From IMG/VR virus record IMGVR_UViG_3300035670_000181, positions 2,334 through 66,333 of that record: 64,000 nt of DNA. The stretch is one strand, 5' to 3'. The stretch is from a virus. A program made the position numbers and the translations under genes. This document shows positions 26,539 through 39,547 of the stretch, piece by piece. The notes below the pieces were generated by a model, which was not told the DNA's origin, ran no database searches, and was given only the letters and a program-made list of their open reading frames with translations. How positions within the stretch are numbered: the first letter of the stretch is position 1; the number at the start of each line of letters is the position of its first letter.

Positions 26539-27306
26539 TTACTTATATGTTGCAGCAGCTACTACAGTTGCTACTGATGTAGTATTACCAGCCTTGACAG
26601 CATATGGACTTACTAGATCAATTTTAGCAGAATCCTGTAGAGATGTTTTAATAGATTTTAGATTTGAACTAACAAATACTGGTAGGTTCATAACAATATC
26701 TGATCGTAGCTGGCTACCACGGTACATTGTAGAGCCAACAGCAACCACCTCATCAATACACGCTGGGTAGTTAATGTTATTTCCAGAACCATAGTTACCA
26801 GATGCTGCATATACCTTAGTTCCAGCATTAGACAAAGACTGAACATCGGAGACAATGTCTCCATGTAGAGTTTTTACATTAACACCAGTTGCCAGTGGCA
26901 AACACTTAGATCCACTGCCAGCATTTGCTGAGAAGGATACAGACTTAATATTTAGAGATTCACGATTAGCAATTACCCAATCAAGAGCAGTCTCAAGATT
27001 AACAGCATTCACGTTAGAAGTTGGAGATGCTGCATTAATTAGAACTAGCTTTGCTGATGGGTTGTTTGCTCTAGCAATGTTTGCCATGATTGTTCCATGA
27101 TTAAATACCTTGAACTGGGATGCTAGTCTTGGCGTTACGTTGGCACAAGATCCAGCTACTAGGCATACCTCAGTAAAATCTCCAGTAATGGCTGATTCAT
27201 CAAAATTAGAATCAATAATAACGATAGACTCTACACCCTCTGCCTGTGCTGGAGCAACTCCAACAATAGCAAACAGTGCAATAAATGTAGCAATTAGTTT
27301 TTTCAT
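26539..27306 (-). CDS. Secreted subtilisin-like (S8) serine protease
   Basis: Signal peptide ending AQA; IIDS, HGT, ASGN, YPAC, TTSVAT. Confidence 0.72.
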   Translation of the reverse strand: MKKLIATFIALFAIVGVAPAQAEGVESIVIIDSNFDESAITGDFTEVCLVAGSCANVTPRLASQFKVFNHGTIMANIARANNPSAKLVLINAASPTSNVNAVNLETALDWVIANRESLNIKSVSFSANAGSGSKCLPLATGVNVKTLHGDIVSDVQSLSNAGTKVYAASGNYGSGNNINYPACIDEVVAVGSTMYRGSQLRSDIVMNLPVFVSSNLKSIKTSLQDSAKIDLVSPYAVKAGNTTSVATVVAAATYK

Positions 27307-27328
27307 GTTTTCTTTCTTGTTTATTTGA

Positions 27329-27505
27329 TTAGTTATTTAGTAGTTTTACAACAGGAAGGCAGGGGTCTCCACCCTCTTCCCACTCTTTTTCTTCTTCTTC
27401 AGTCATGTATGGATCGCCATCATGTGTATTGCAGAATGGCTTAGATATCCATCCATTAGTAATTCCAACCTCTAGCCAGGCTAGGAACTCGTCTTCTTTT
27501 TCCAT
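27329..27505 (-). CDS. Small acidic hypothetical protein (58 aa, below the ORF-track cutoff)
   Basis: MEKEDEFLAWL..G..NGWIS.PFCNTHDG...EWEEGGDPC; own promoter. Confidence 0.7.
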   Translation of the reverse strand: MEKEDEFLAWLEVGITNGWISKPFCNTHDGDPYMTEEEEKEWEEGGDPCLPVVKLLNN

Positions 27506-27511
27506 AGTATA

Positions 27512-27540
27512 AGTCTACCTTAAAACAAACCAGATGTCAA
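27512..27540 (-). promoter_or_regulatory. SigA-type promoter, leaderless
   Basis: TTGACA-17 nt-TAGACT, 6 nt before the ATG at 27505. Confidence 0.7.
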
Positions 27541-27544
27541 GAAA

Positions 27545-28255
27545 TTAATAAATTTTAGGAAGTGGGAAGTAGTGCTGTTCCCAGAATCTTTCGTGTGGCT
27601 TCATGTCAGACTCAAGGAATGCCTCTTGCTTGATAACACGAAGTGGCATAACATCATAAGCAATTGTAATTCTTTCGCCATCCCAGTCCCAAGGACCCAT
27701 AGCATGTTGGAAGCCAACCATAGATAAAATTGCCCTATTGTTTTTATTCTGATTAATCTTAATCTCATCATTAACCATATAATGAGTCTCTGATGGCTCT
27801 GCATTAACGGAATAGTAGCCATGGAATGCTGGAACCTTAATATTTGGATCCATGTGGTCGTGCCACTCTAACTTTGCTCCCTTAGCACGGCTATTAATAT
27901 TAAACCAGGCCTGTGCCATCCACTGTTCTGAATTATAATCAATGCCATAGTATTCGCAAGCTTCACGAGTCATATCAACTACTGCCGAGAATAGTTCATG
28001 CATAAACGGATAGTACATCTGAAATGCATTATACTCACGAGACTTCTGCGTAGAGTATGATTTAGAGTATGTAAAGATATCTAGCTCTTCACTGTGCTCT
28101 TGAATACCCCACATTTCACCCTTAGCAATACGATCATACTCAACCTTTAGTCTTTCTGTAACGTACTCAAGGTCATTATCTAAAAATCTTTCAAAAAACT
28201 TCTGTGGTTTGCCATTCTTGTCAAACGTATTGTCTCCCCAAAACGGTTCTTGCAC
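27545..28255 (-). CDS. 2OG-Fe(II) oxygenase-like (cupin fold)
   Basis: AWFNIN, WHDH, GYYSV, QHAM, RITIAYD; start set at a GTG after GGAG; TTGACA-16-TATAAT at 28304-28331. Confidence 0.6.
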   Translation of the reverse strand: MQEPFWGDNTFDKNGKPQKFFERFLDNDLEYVTERLKVEYDRIAKGEMWGIQEHSEELDIFTYSKSYSTQKSREYNAFQMYYPFMHELFSAVVDMTREACEYYGIDYNSEQWMAQAWFNINSRAKGAKLEWHDHMDPNIKVPAFHGYYSVNAEPSETHYMVNDEIKINQNKNNRAILSMVGFQHAMGPWDWDGERITIAYDVMPLRVIKQEAFLESDMKPHERFWEQHYFPLPKIY

Positions 28256-28334
28256 AATATCTCCATCTCTTATATATAGGAAAACCCTTCCTAATGCATA
28301 TCTATTATACACTATCAGGAAGGGCTGTCAACTA

Positions 28335-28604
28335 TTACTTAGAGTTTTTATCTACTTTAGAAAAAGCCTGGTTGATCTCATCCATAGTCAGCTTTCCATC
28401 ATCTAGGAATGCCCTTGCTAGTTTTTCAACAACAGTTGCTACCCCCAGAATACCAGCCATAAATACGGCTGATAATAAGTCAACACCAACAACAGCACCA
28501 GCACCCAAGACGCTAAGTCCAGATGCAGCAAATACTGCTAGGATTCTCATTAGGACATTCTTCATGGTGTGCCAGCCACCAGTTACTCCTAGTTCATCTT
28601 CCAT
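28335..28604 (-). CDS. Small membrane protein
   Basis: Two hydrophobic segments, C-terminal DDGKLT.DEIN.AF. Confidence 0.7.
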   Translation of the reverse strand: MEDELGVTGGWHTMKNVLMRILAVFAASGLSVLGAGAVVGVDLLSAVFMAGILGVATVVEKLARAFLDDGKLTMDEINQAFSKVDKNSK

Positions 28605-28626
28605 TTTTTACCTACCTTTCTGATGA

Positions 28627-28812
28627 TTACTCATCTTCTTTTTCATAGCGTAGTGGGAATGTTATTACCCATACGCCTAGAGTGATCCAGATAAGCATGC
28701 CAACTACTTCTTTGGCTGAGCCTTCTAGAACTACCCAAGCTACAAACATACCTAACAGGGTCCATGCCTGATCGATAATATCCTTTAGTAATGCTTTAAC
28801 AAATTTAATCAT
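28627..28812 (-). CDS. Small membrane protein
   Basis: DQAWTLLGMFVAWVVLEGSAK; TAATG-coupled to the upstream large gene. Confidence 0.7.
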   Translation of the reverse strand: MIKFVKALLKDIIDQAWTLLGMFVAWVVLEGSAKEVVGMLIWITLGVWVITFPLRYEKEDE

Positions 28813-31169
28813 TATGGTCTCCTTGCTGCAGACGCTGCTGCACTAGTGGCTGCTGCTGTTGCTGTCATCGCTACTTGTCCTACGATAACAGCTGCAATAA
28901 CAACCTTTTCTGATTGCTCACGGACCTGTGGAGACATGTCTGCTCCAGCATTTCCAAGTGAGTTAAATATTTCTACCGCTGCACCTGCCACATCACCAAT
29001 AAGTGGGATGGCAGCAAGCTCCTCGTCTAGAATAATGTCATCTTCCTGAGCTACTACCAGCAATGCATCCAAAGCTGCCTCATACTCAGGAGATCCTTGT
29101 TCTGCAGAAGCAAAGACTTCCATTGCTGCTTCAACAATTAATATCTGCTGCTCTTCAGTCAATAGCTGTGGCTGTATTTCTGTAAGCTCTTCTACTAAGC
29201 TTTCGATATTTTCAGCAGAAATCTCTTCCTTTATTTCGACCTTGTCTTCTGGTAGAATTAATTCAGGTTTTTCTTCGATAGGAGGTTCTGGTGAGGGCGA
29301 AGGCTCAGGTGTTTCTGAAATTTCTGGCGTGGGTTCCTCTGTTACTTCTGGCTCAGGCTCTAATGTTGGCTCTGGTGTGGGTTCTGGTTCAGGAGTTGGC
29401 TCAGGCTCAGGAGTTGGTTCAAGCTCAGGCATAGGCTCTGGAGTAGGCTCTGGAGTAGGTAAAGGTTCAGGAATAGGAGTAGGTGTTGGTTCTGGTACTA
29501 CTGGCTCTGGTGTGGGCGTGGGTATTGGTTCTGGCTGTGGGGCAGGCTGCTCCGTTGGCGTTGGCTCTGGCTGGGGTGCTGGTGTGGGGGTTGGCTCTGG
29601 CGTTGGTGTGGGCGTTGGAGAAGGCTCTGGAGAAACGGTAGGGGAAACAGTAGCAAGCATTATTGGTGTGCTTAACCTCAATACTTTACCCCATCCTGGA
29701 CAAGGGTCTGTAAATGTATCATTGTTTGCTAAAAATGAAGCAGTTGAATTACCATAAATAATTGACGATACTGTTGAGGATACGTCAAGTCCACAGGTAC
29801 CGTCTGGCGTTCCATACCAGGCACGTGGTGTGGCAAATACATATCCATCTGGTGCACCAATTGTTACTGTCTGATTTTCATCAAACTGTATTTGCCACCA
29901 CTGAGGCTCTGTAGTTTGTATAGATGCAAAGGTAGATCTTGGAGAGTAGATAGCTAATGTATCGTTGTCTGCCCTAATTGCAAACTGAAACGTATTTCCC
30001 AGTCCGCCATACTGAGCAAGAATGCTTACTGGAATAGATATGCTTGTTTGATCGTGTGTCCAAGCCCAACCAGTCTGATTAAAATTGTCAACGCTCCACA
30101 TAATAGCATACCGCTCTACCTGAACACTAGATAGATTGGATTCTGGAGCATTCCAGGATAGGTCAACCTGCTCCCCATTAATTACTGCTGTAAGTCCTGT
30201 AGGGGCATTTAGGTGTGGAGTAAGTTCTACAATCAATGCCTCTAGTCTAGCCACCTCAGCAATTGCGGTTGCCAATCTATTCTCAGCAGCGGTAAGGCTT
30301 GAGATTGCACTATCCAGATTTGACTGAGCTATCTGCAAAGTCTGATATGCATCATTCTTAGCTGCTGTTTCTGCTTCACCATAGGTATAGGTATCTGGTG
30401 TAGACTGAGTCATAGTTGCTGTGAGAGTAACGTTGTCCATAACTGGACCAAATGCACCTGCCCAATAACCAGAGTCTTGCATTCTAAAACCAATATCCCA
30501 TCTAACTGCATCGTCAGATAGGGTGTATGTTGCACCTCTAGTAATCCAATAGTTGTGCCATTGAGACCACTCAAGATTGTAATAGTTTAATCTTGTACCA
30601 TCAGCAGCGTATGTTCTAAATTCAATGCGGTAGTAGTCAGGATTGTTTATGCGGTTACCCTCGTTAGTATCATAGTTAAACACATCAACAGCAAAGGTTA
30701 CCTGCCTTGTTGGACTTGGGAATGTTCCTGTTTGCTGAATGTAAATACCTGCAGTATAGGATCCCTTAAGTGTGCCGTTATAAATGATTGGAGATGCCCC
30801 AGTTCCGTAAACTGAGTTACTTGCAATTACGTTTGACCACCCAGCAGTGCTATCAAATGTACCGTTCTGAACCACATTTTCTGTAGTGGTGGTGCTAGTT
30901 CCAGAAACGGTTACTCTGGTAGCCTCCCATGCAACTAGAGCAGCACTGTAGCTTGCCTGAGCCTCGTCTTTGATTGCAGAGGAAATGCTTACCTGATCAC
31001 TGGCAGACTGCACTTCTGCAGATGCACTAACAACTTCCTGCTGTGCCAAAACTAAAGCAGCCTGAGCTTCTTGCATTGTCATAGTGCTAGCCTGTGCTGG
31101 GCTTACAAAAAAGATTGGCAAAAATGCTAGGGCTATCGCAAATACGGATCTTCCTACTTTACTGCTAAT
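28812..31169 (-). CDS. Large surface protein: signal peptide, coiled coil, beta-sandwich, FN3, SUEL-type lectin-like, PE/PT stalk, C-terminal hydrophobic segment
   Basis: APTGL..VDLSW.AP..Y (FN3); AWYG..C..F.DPCPG..K.L (SUEL-like); long PEPTP repeat; start extended to a putative ATT at 31169. Confidence 0.7.
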   Translation of the reverse strand: MSSKVGRSVFAIALAFLPIFFVSPAQASTMTMQEAQAALVLAQQEVVSASAEVQSASDQVSISSAIKDEAQASYSAALVAWEATRVTVSGTSTTTTENVVQNGTFDSTAGWSNVIASNSVYGTGASPIIYNGTLKGSYTAGIYIQQTGTFPSPTRQVTFAVDVFNYDTNEGNRINNPDYYRIEFRTYAADGTRLNYYNLEWSQWHNYWITRGATYTLSDDAVRWDIGFRMQDSGYWAGAFGPVMDNVTLTATMTQSTPDTYTYGEAETAAKNDAYQTLQIAQSNLDSAISSLTAAENRLATAIAEVARLEALIVELTPHLNAPTGLTAVINGEQVDLSWNAPESNLSSVQVERYAIMWSVDNFNQTGWAWTHDQTSISIPVSILAQYGGLGNTFQFAIRADNDTLAIYSPRSTFASIQTTEPQWWQIQFDENQTVTIGAPDGYVFATPRAWYGTPDGTCGLDVSSTVSSIIYGNSTASFLANNDTFTDPCPGWGKVLRLSTPIMLATVSPTVSPEPSPTPTPTPEPTPTPAPQPEPTPTEQPAPQPEPIPTPTPEPVVPEPTPTPIPEPLPTPEPTPEPMPELEPTPEPEPTPEPEPTPEPTLEPEPEVTEEPTPEISETPEPSPSPEPPIEEKPELILPEDKVEIKEEISAENIESLVEELTEIQPQLLTEEQQILIVEAAMEVFASAEQGSPEYEAALDALLVVAQEDDIILDEELAAIPLIGDVAGAAVEIFNSLGNAGADMSPQVREQSEKVVIAAVIVGQVAMTATAAATSAAASAARRP
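29280..29645 (-). repeat. Pro/Glu/Thr low-complexity coding repeat
   Basis: (PEPTPT)n-type array of about 120 codons. Confidence 0.9.
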
Positions 31170-31233
31170 GATAACAACTCCAATGTTAGCTGGGGTCAGA
31201 CTAACACTTTAATTATATCATTATTTAAATAGG

Positions 31234-34278
<3,045 letters not shown>

Positions 34279-34292
<14 letters not shown>

Positions 34293-34686
34293 ACAGTACT
34301 TCTAACCTCTCTTTTATTTTTTTAACATCCTCATCAGTGCCGAATATTTCTACCCTGGCAATAATAGGTACACCTGTTTTAGCTGAGATCATATCTGCTG
34401 CTTTGCAGAAATGTTCTCCAAAATTTGTGTTTCCAGTTCCTATTACTCCACGTAATAAGTTTCTGTTGTGTTCGATATTTAGAAAATGTCGAACCTGTCG
34501 TGGGATTGCAGATTTTTCACTACCTCCACCATAAGTAGGAACAATAAGCACATACTCGTTATGAGCAAGGGTAGGCCTATTACTATCCCAATCAATAGGA
34601 ATACGAATAGAACTTCCATCTATCTTATCAACCAGCCTTTTCGTATTTCCTGAATAGTTAGAGAAATAGACGATTCCTATGGACAT
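34279..34686 (-). CDS. nrdI: Flavodoxin-like NrdI
   Basis: YFS..SGNT.R, PTYGGG, GNTNFG..FC. Confidence 0.95.
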
Positions 34687-34720
34687 CTATTCTAACTCCT
34701 TTTTTAAATATTAGATGATA

Positions 34721-34763
34721 GTAAAGGGGAGGATTATAGCCCTCCCCTCTACAATTTTACCAC
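34721..34763 (-). promoter_or_regulatory. Promoter plus strong leader hairpin upstream of nrdI
   Basis: TGGTAAAAT followed by GTAGAGGGGAGG/CCTCCCCTTTAC inverted repeat. Confidence 0.55.
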
Positions 34764-34766
34764 TTG

Positions 34767-35666
34767 TTACTTGATGAAAGCAAGCTTTTTAGACTTTGGC
34801 TTACCAACGTTGTACTTCTTTACCAAAGTGTTATACTGCCACTTTAGCTTACGTAGAGCCTTGGCAACATCTACGCCTTCAGCAGTAAGAGATGCAATTG
34901 TTGCATTAGCTACGGCTAGATCAGCAAGAGCCTTTGTTAGCTCTGCCTCAATATTACGTGGCTGACCAACAGTAATAGTTGTAGTGGCAGAAGAGCTAGC
35001 TGCATATGCAGTTACGGTTACAGAACCAGACGATGGCAATGTAACTGTGTGGCTAACTGTACCATTTGCACCAGTTGTTACGGTAGTGGTTGAGATTACT
35101 CCGTTAGTGTTAATAACTAGGTTAACGCTTCCAGATCCCTTTGCATTGTCGTACTTATCGGATGCAGAAACTACGACAGACTGAGTAGTTCCAGCAATAG
35201 CAACTGATGGTGCAGAGATAGCAACCTTAGCAACATCACCAGCAGTTCCCTTTACATAGTATGTAGTTTGAGTATTACCAACTGTAACAACAACAGACCC
35301 AGTTGCAGATGTCTTAGTAAAGACAAATAGCTCTGCACTTGTGCTAGATCCAGTATTTACTGAAATTGTAGCAGATCCACTAGCAGAGGTTGCTCCTGCC
35401 AATGTAGAAAGCAGTAGTGCATTTGTAGCAGTTGCAGATACTGTTGCATTGTTTGCTAGACCAGAGACCGAAATGCTAAGTGCATTTGACGCAGTTACGC
35501 TGTCTCCTGGTACTGGCAGAGCAACAGCAGTTGCGGAAGTTGTACCACCATTTGCTGCAGCACCAGCAATTGTTAGAGTCTGGGTATTAGCGGATGCAGG
35601 AACCACAGACAATGTTGCTGCAGTTAGTGCTGTAACTACGGCAATAGCAAGCTTAGATAGCTTCAT
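34767..35666 (-). CDS. Secreted Ser/Thr/Ala-rich Ig-like surface protein
   Basis: Signal peptide ending ASA; DKYDN and TTGANG Ig-like patterns; C-terminal coiled coil with basic tail. Confidence 0.65.
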   Translation of the reverse strand: MKLSKLAIAVVTALTAATLSVVPASANTQTLTIAGAAANGGTTSATAVALPVPGDSVTASNALSISVSGLANNATVSATATNALLLSTLAGATSASGSATISVNTGSSTSAELFVFTKTSATGSVVVTVGNTQTTYYVKGTAGDVAKVAISAPSVAIAGTTQSVVVSASDKYDNAKGSGSVNLVINTNGVISTTTVTTGANGTVSHTVTLPSSGSVTVTAYAASSSATTTITVGQPRNIEAELTKALADLAVANATIASLTAEGVDVAKALRKLKWQYNTLVKKYNVGKPKSKKLAFIK

Positions 35667-35687
35667 ATTTCTCCTTTGTTTTTTAAT

Positions 35688-37463
35688 CTAGATTAGATCA
35701 AATCTAGCCAAGTATTCTTTTACATCTTTTGGCATAGGCTTATATTCTATCACATTGTCTGGCCTACTGTCAACAGCCTCTTTTGGCCTATCCCTAAAAG
35801 TATGAACCTCAACTTCAAGGTTTTGATCTCTTGGGGTATGTGATATTGCACCAAAGATTGCACCACAAACAGCATCTGCCAAGTCTTTAGACTTTTTTCT
35901 TGGGTGGTCAACCTTGTTATTATTCATAATCTTTAGCTCTGACAGCTCATCAAATAATAAGTCAATCATGGGCATAGCAAGTCGCTCTTCATATACTAGC
36001 ATTGCCATATCTTCATAGTGTTTCTTTGCTACAGATACCGTCTCAGTTCTCATGCCAATAGACTTCAGCTCATTCTGAATATCAAATGATTGCCAACGGT
36101 CAAACGATACCATTCCAATATTAAATCCAAGCCTACGCAAATTTTGAATCCATTGCTTTACCTCAGACAGATCAACTGGTCCCTCTACTCTTGGCTCCCA
36201 CCAGGCTACGGCATCTACAACAACCACTGGTGCAATTTGCTGATAATCTTTAATTACCTGAATGTTAACCCATTTGTCTACGTGAGCAATTGCAACGGCA
36301 CACTTGTCATGCTTCTGTGCAAGGTCAGCGTGAACAAAATAAATTTTTTCTGGATCTGGTTTAAAGGTTTCATCAAAACGACGTAGCTGATCTAGTGGAT
36401 TTCTAATAGTCATAGACGCTTTAACCTTTTCAGTTTGTTTAAAGAATCTGTCTGATGCAAATGTTGGAACGCATGCAAAGCGTTGCATAGCGTCTCCCAT
36501 ATCAGTAAAGAATGCAAGCTTAAAGTCATCAATCTTGCGTGTTGGATTAACAACCCATGTCGGACGCTTTAATGCAAACATACCTGGATACTTATATGAA
36601 ATAACAGTATCCTCATCCCACTCAATATCTAAATAGTTACCCTCAGCATCTGATGGAAGCTCAGGATTCATAATAAACCTATGACTCTTAGTTACAACTT
36701 CTTTTTCTGCAATAACAGCCTCATACCTCTGAGAAATAAAGTCACCTGGAAAACGTGGGAACGACAATAGGGCTACCTTACCAAGATCTGGAAAGCGTGA
36801 ATCTACAGATGCACGGAAGGCTTTATAGATATTATCCGCAGTTTTACCCTGATCATTTCCTGTTCCAATTTCCGTAGCAAAACCAGAGATCTCATCAAGC
36901 ACTGCCAGGATAAGGTTGAGACCCTCGTGGGACTCTCTTTCAGAATGTCCTGAGTAAACTGTAATAGATTTATCAAACTCAATACTCTCCGCTTTCGCAT
37001 AGAACCTTCCTGCAAACCAAGGTGACTTTTCAATCTTTGTTTTAAATCCTTTAAAGAAAACGTTCTTTGCCTGCTGGGCATTGATAGCCACGTTGATAAT
37101 GTCAATAGCGTCACCGCTAGGCTTTCCGAAATACCTAGCAGGATCTTTAAGGCATAGAAGTTTATATACAATATATGCACACGCAACTGTTGAAGTAAAA
37201 TCCTTACCAGACCCCTTACCAAGTTGGAGAATTACCTCATTCTTGGTGTATTTATTATAATACCTTTTACCCTCAGTTTCCCCCATAAGATCAATAAGAT
37301 CTTCCAGCTTATAGATTTGACTCATAGCCTCTACAATGTCATACTGGACATCAGAAAGGGTAGGCTGCCCAAGATAATCTTCGCCCTCAACAAAAGTTTT
37401 TACGTCTACAGGACGTTCTGCAAAATTATCAGCCTTAAGAACTTCTAAAAAATCATCAAACAT
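35688..37463 (-). CDS. Terminase large subunit
   Basis: Walker A GKGSGKD, Walker B VLDE, nuclease HADLA..D, FDRWQS, DHP..SKDLADA. Confidence 0.88.
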   Translation of the reverse strand: MFDDFLEVLKADNFAERPVDVKTFVEGEDYLGQPTLSDVQYDIVEAMSQIYKLEDLIDLMGETEGKRYYNKYTKNEVILQLGKGSGKDFTSTVACAYIVYKLLCLKDPARYFGKPSGDAIDIINVAINAQQAKNVFFKGFKTKIEKSPWFAGRFYAKAESIEFDKSITVYSGHSERESHEGLNLILAVLDEISGFATEIGTGNDQGKTADNIYKAFRASVDSRFPDLGKVALLSFPRFPGDFISQRYEAVIAEKEVVTKSHRFIMNPELPSDAEGNYLDIEWDEDTVISYKYPGMFALKRPTWVVNPTRKIDDFKLAFFTDMGDAMQRFACVPTFASDRFFKQTEKVKASMTIRNPLDQLRRFDETFKPDPEKIYFVHADLAQKHDKCAVAIAHVDKWVNIQVIKDYQQIAPVVVVDAVAWWEPRVEGPVDLSEVKQWIQNLRRLGFNIGMVSFDRWQSFDIQNELKSIGMRTETVSVAKKHYEDMAMLVYEERLAMPMIDLLFDELSELKIMNNNKVDHPRKKSKDLADAVCGAIFGAISHTPRDQNLEVEVHTFRDRPKEAVDSRPDNVIEYKPMPKDVKEYLARFDLI

Positions 37464-37992
37464 CGCTATGTACTACCGTAATAACTTCATTTTCTCTTGC
37501 AACTGCAGAAAGCCTTCTCATAATCTCATCACGAATCTGTGGATATTCAGAGGCAACGTCTTTAAGAATTCCAACCAGAATGTCTTGCTTGCGTTCAATC
37601 TCAAGCATTTCTTCTGCAAGCTCTTTGTTTTCCAGCAATCCAGCCTTTTGCAGCATATCAATACGCTTTGCTTCAATGTCAAGAACCAGCTTGATTGCAG
37701 AAGTCTTGGCTGTTAGATTAGCTGTTGTTGTAGCATCATCAATAACCTCATAGGCTTTTTGAATTAGCTTATTATAGTGAGTATCTGCCCCAACAAGTGC
37801 CTCTTTTGCACGAGCACGGATTGCTGCATTGTCAGATGCCATCTGCTTCCACTCATTGATATATAAAACTACCTTTTGTCTTGGCATCTCTAATTCTTTT
37901 GAGATTTGGGTAGGCTCAGCACCCTGCAGATACTTTTCTACAACACGATTGACATCATCAAGATGTTGAACTAGCTGTTCCTCCGCTGACAC
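37456..37992 (-). CDS. HTH protein, probable terminase small subunit
   Basis: N-terminal HTH-like (ISKELEMPR) plus helical region; immediately upstream of terL. Confidence 0.55.
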   Translation of the reverse strand: MSAEEQLVQHLDDVNRVVEKYLQGAEPTQISKELEMPRQKVVLYINEWKQMASDNAAIRARAKEALVGADTHYNKLIQKAYEVIDDATTTANLTAKTSAIKLVLDIEAKRIDMLQKAGLLENKELAEEMLEIERKQDILVGILKDVASEYPQIRDEIMRRLSAVARENEVITVVHSDV

Positions 37993-38290
37993 GCTTACTC
38001 CTTCTCTTACGTCTAGTTGGAATTCTCTTTAACCTTTCCAACCTGAACGATCTAAACACAGATGATGTTCCATTAATTAATTCAAAACAGTCAACCCATT
38101 GTGCCCCAGAGATTGTGTTGGTAACAAAGCTATCAAACTTAAACTTTGCCCCATGCTCTCCCTGCACCTTAATTATATCACCACGACTAATGGTAAAACC
38201 ATTAACTTCTACGAAAGACTCTTTGACAAAGAACGACTCCTTAACGTCTGCCTTAAGCTTCTTGCGACCCACTAGACCTCTCCTTAGCAA
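37958..38290 (-). CDS. Hypothetical SH3-like protein
   Basis: GDIIKVQGE.G.F.F...WVDC...RSF. Confidence 0.55.
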   Translation of the reverse strand: MLRRGLVGRKKLKADVKESFFVKESFVEVNGFTISRGDIIKVQGEHGAKFKFDSFVTNTISGAQWVDCFELINGTSSVFRSFRLERLKRIPTRRKRRSKRVSGGTASSTS

Positions 38291-38528
38291 TCTTTAGCAA
38301 AATCAAATACCCAACCAAATCATCAATATCATTATCTCCAGGATAGCTCTTTCCCCTAGAAAACCTAGAAAGCTTATCATCAATTCTAACAAGAAGCTGT
38401 TCTACTGGGTTTGCCTTGGAAAATATCCTAACTGGATCTAAAGCAGAGTCTCCATAGGAAAGATTTTTTGACATTAGCATATCCTTGATGTCATTGCATA
38501 CTCTATTAATATCATTAACAGTATTCAT
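38253..38528 (-). CDS. Nucleotide-modification-associated/DUF1599-like (MazG-like) protein
   Basis: KN..YGDS, RIDDKL.R, DL.GY. Confidence 0.65.
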   Translation of the reverse strand: MNTVNDINRVCNDIKDMLMSKNLSYGDSALDPVRIFSKANPVEQLLVRIDDKLSRFSRGKSYPGDNDIDDLVGYLILLKIAKERSSGSQEA

Positions 38529-38680
38529 CTACGTGACTTTCTTAATCCAAATTTTGCAAGATAAACGTATATTGTCTCTACACTTACCCCACACTCTGAA
38601 GCAATTTGCTCAGGAGTTCTTTTATCGAAGTGATATCTTTTCTTTAACCACATCTCGTTGGTATATAGTTTACTAGCCAT
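38525..38680 (-). CDS. Small HTH DNA-binding protein (51 aa, below the ORF-track cutoff)
   Basis: MASKLYTNEMWLKKRY...TPEQIASECGVSVETIYVYLAKFGL. Confidence 0.8.
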   Translation of the reverse strand: MASKLYTNEMWLKKRYHFDKRTPEQIASECGVSVETIYVYLAKFGLRKSRR

Positions 38681-38691
38681 GGCTTAAAATG

Positions 38692-39270
38692 TCAACCCCC
38701 CAAAACTTTAGACCAATTATTAATAGAATAATACCCTATTCCAATAGCATCCGCAACATCATTATCAATCACATTAATATCAAAGTATGTATTAACAAAC
38801 CTTAGTGTTTTTGCTTTTCTAACAGATCTTTCATGATTTTTATACCAAGAGTCTGTCTTTCCTGGATTTTCTCGTCTGATAGCTAGCTGCTCTTCTTTTG
38901 TAAGCTTTCCATTTCCTATGAACGTTTGCCAGGTTATTGGATTAATAGATCCAACTCTTTTTATTCCAGAATTGATTGCTGAGCCAAGTAGAGCTCCCTG
39001 GACCATTGCAAGGTCTGCCATAGTCTTTGGACTATTCATATATACTGTATGCTCAATTACTATAGCATCTAGGTTAAACTGCCTAAGAACTGCCCCTGTT
39101 TTTGCTGCAGCATCTCCAACCTTTTCAAAAGTGTTTGACCCTAAAAACATAATCTTTCCATATTTAGTTAATTCTTTATTTGTAAAAATTGCGAAGGCCA
39201 GGCTATTTGTACTTGCGTCAATTGAACAAAAGGTTTTTGGATAATCAAGAAGCTCGCTAATTTTTTCCAT
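38692..39270 (-). CDS. RuvC-like Holliday junction resolvase
   Basis: SIDAST..LAF, IVIE, P.TW, ND.ADAIGIG. Confidence 0.8.
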   Translation of the reverse strand: MEKISELLDYPKTFCSIDASTNSLAFAIFTNKELTKYGKIMFLGSNTFEKVGDAAAKTGAVLRQFNLDAIVIEHTVYMNSPKTMADLAMVQGALLGSAINSGIKRVGSINPITWQTFIGNGKLTKEEQLAIRRENPGKTDSWYKNHERSVRKAKTLRFVNTYFDINVIDNDVADAIGIGYYSINNWSKVLGG

Positions 39271-39547
39271 TTGCCAGCCCCTTGATATCTTTTAAGGCTT
39301 TTGCTATTTCGCTTGGGTTTACCAAACAATTTTGACACAATAGCTCATCATTATAGATAGAAAGCTTTATGCCACAAGACTTACAAGCTCTCTCTTTTCC
39401 TTGTCTGTTGCTACGCCGTGTTTGAGCGTAGCGTTGAGAAATTTTTTCTCTAGTTGCTTCCTCTCTACACTGAGGAGAGCAGTATATCTGATAAGATATC
39501 TTAGTTTCAAATAGCGTATCACACCATTGACAATGCTTGCTTTTCAT
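39257..39547 (-). CDS. Zinc-finger protein
   Basis: CxxC, YCS..C, CxxC, CxxC. Confidence 0.7.
   Translation of the reverse strand: MKSKHCQWCDTLFETKISYQIYCSPQCREEATREKISQRYAQTRRSNRQGKERACKSCGIKLSIYNDELLCQNCLVNPSEIAKALKDIKGLANGKN

Noticed and set aside
29242-29757. 171-aa Gly/Ser/Val-rich plus-strand ORF
   Set aside because: Antisense shadow of the PEPT repeat
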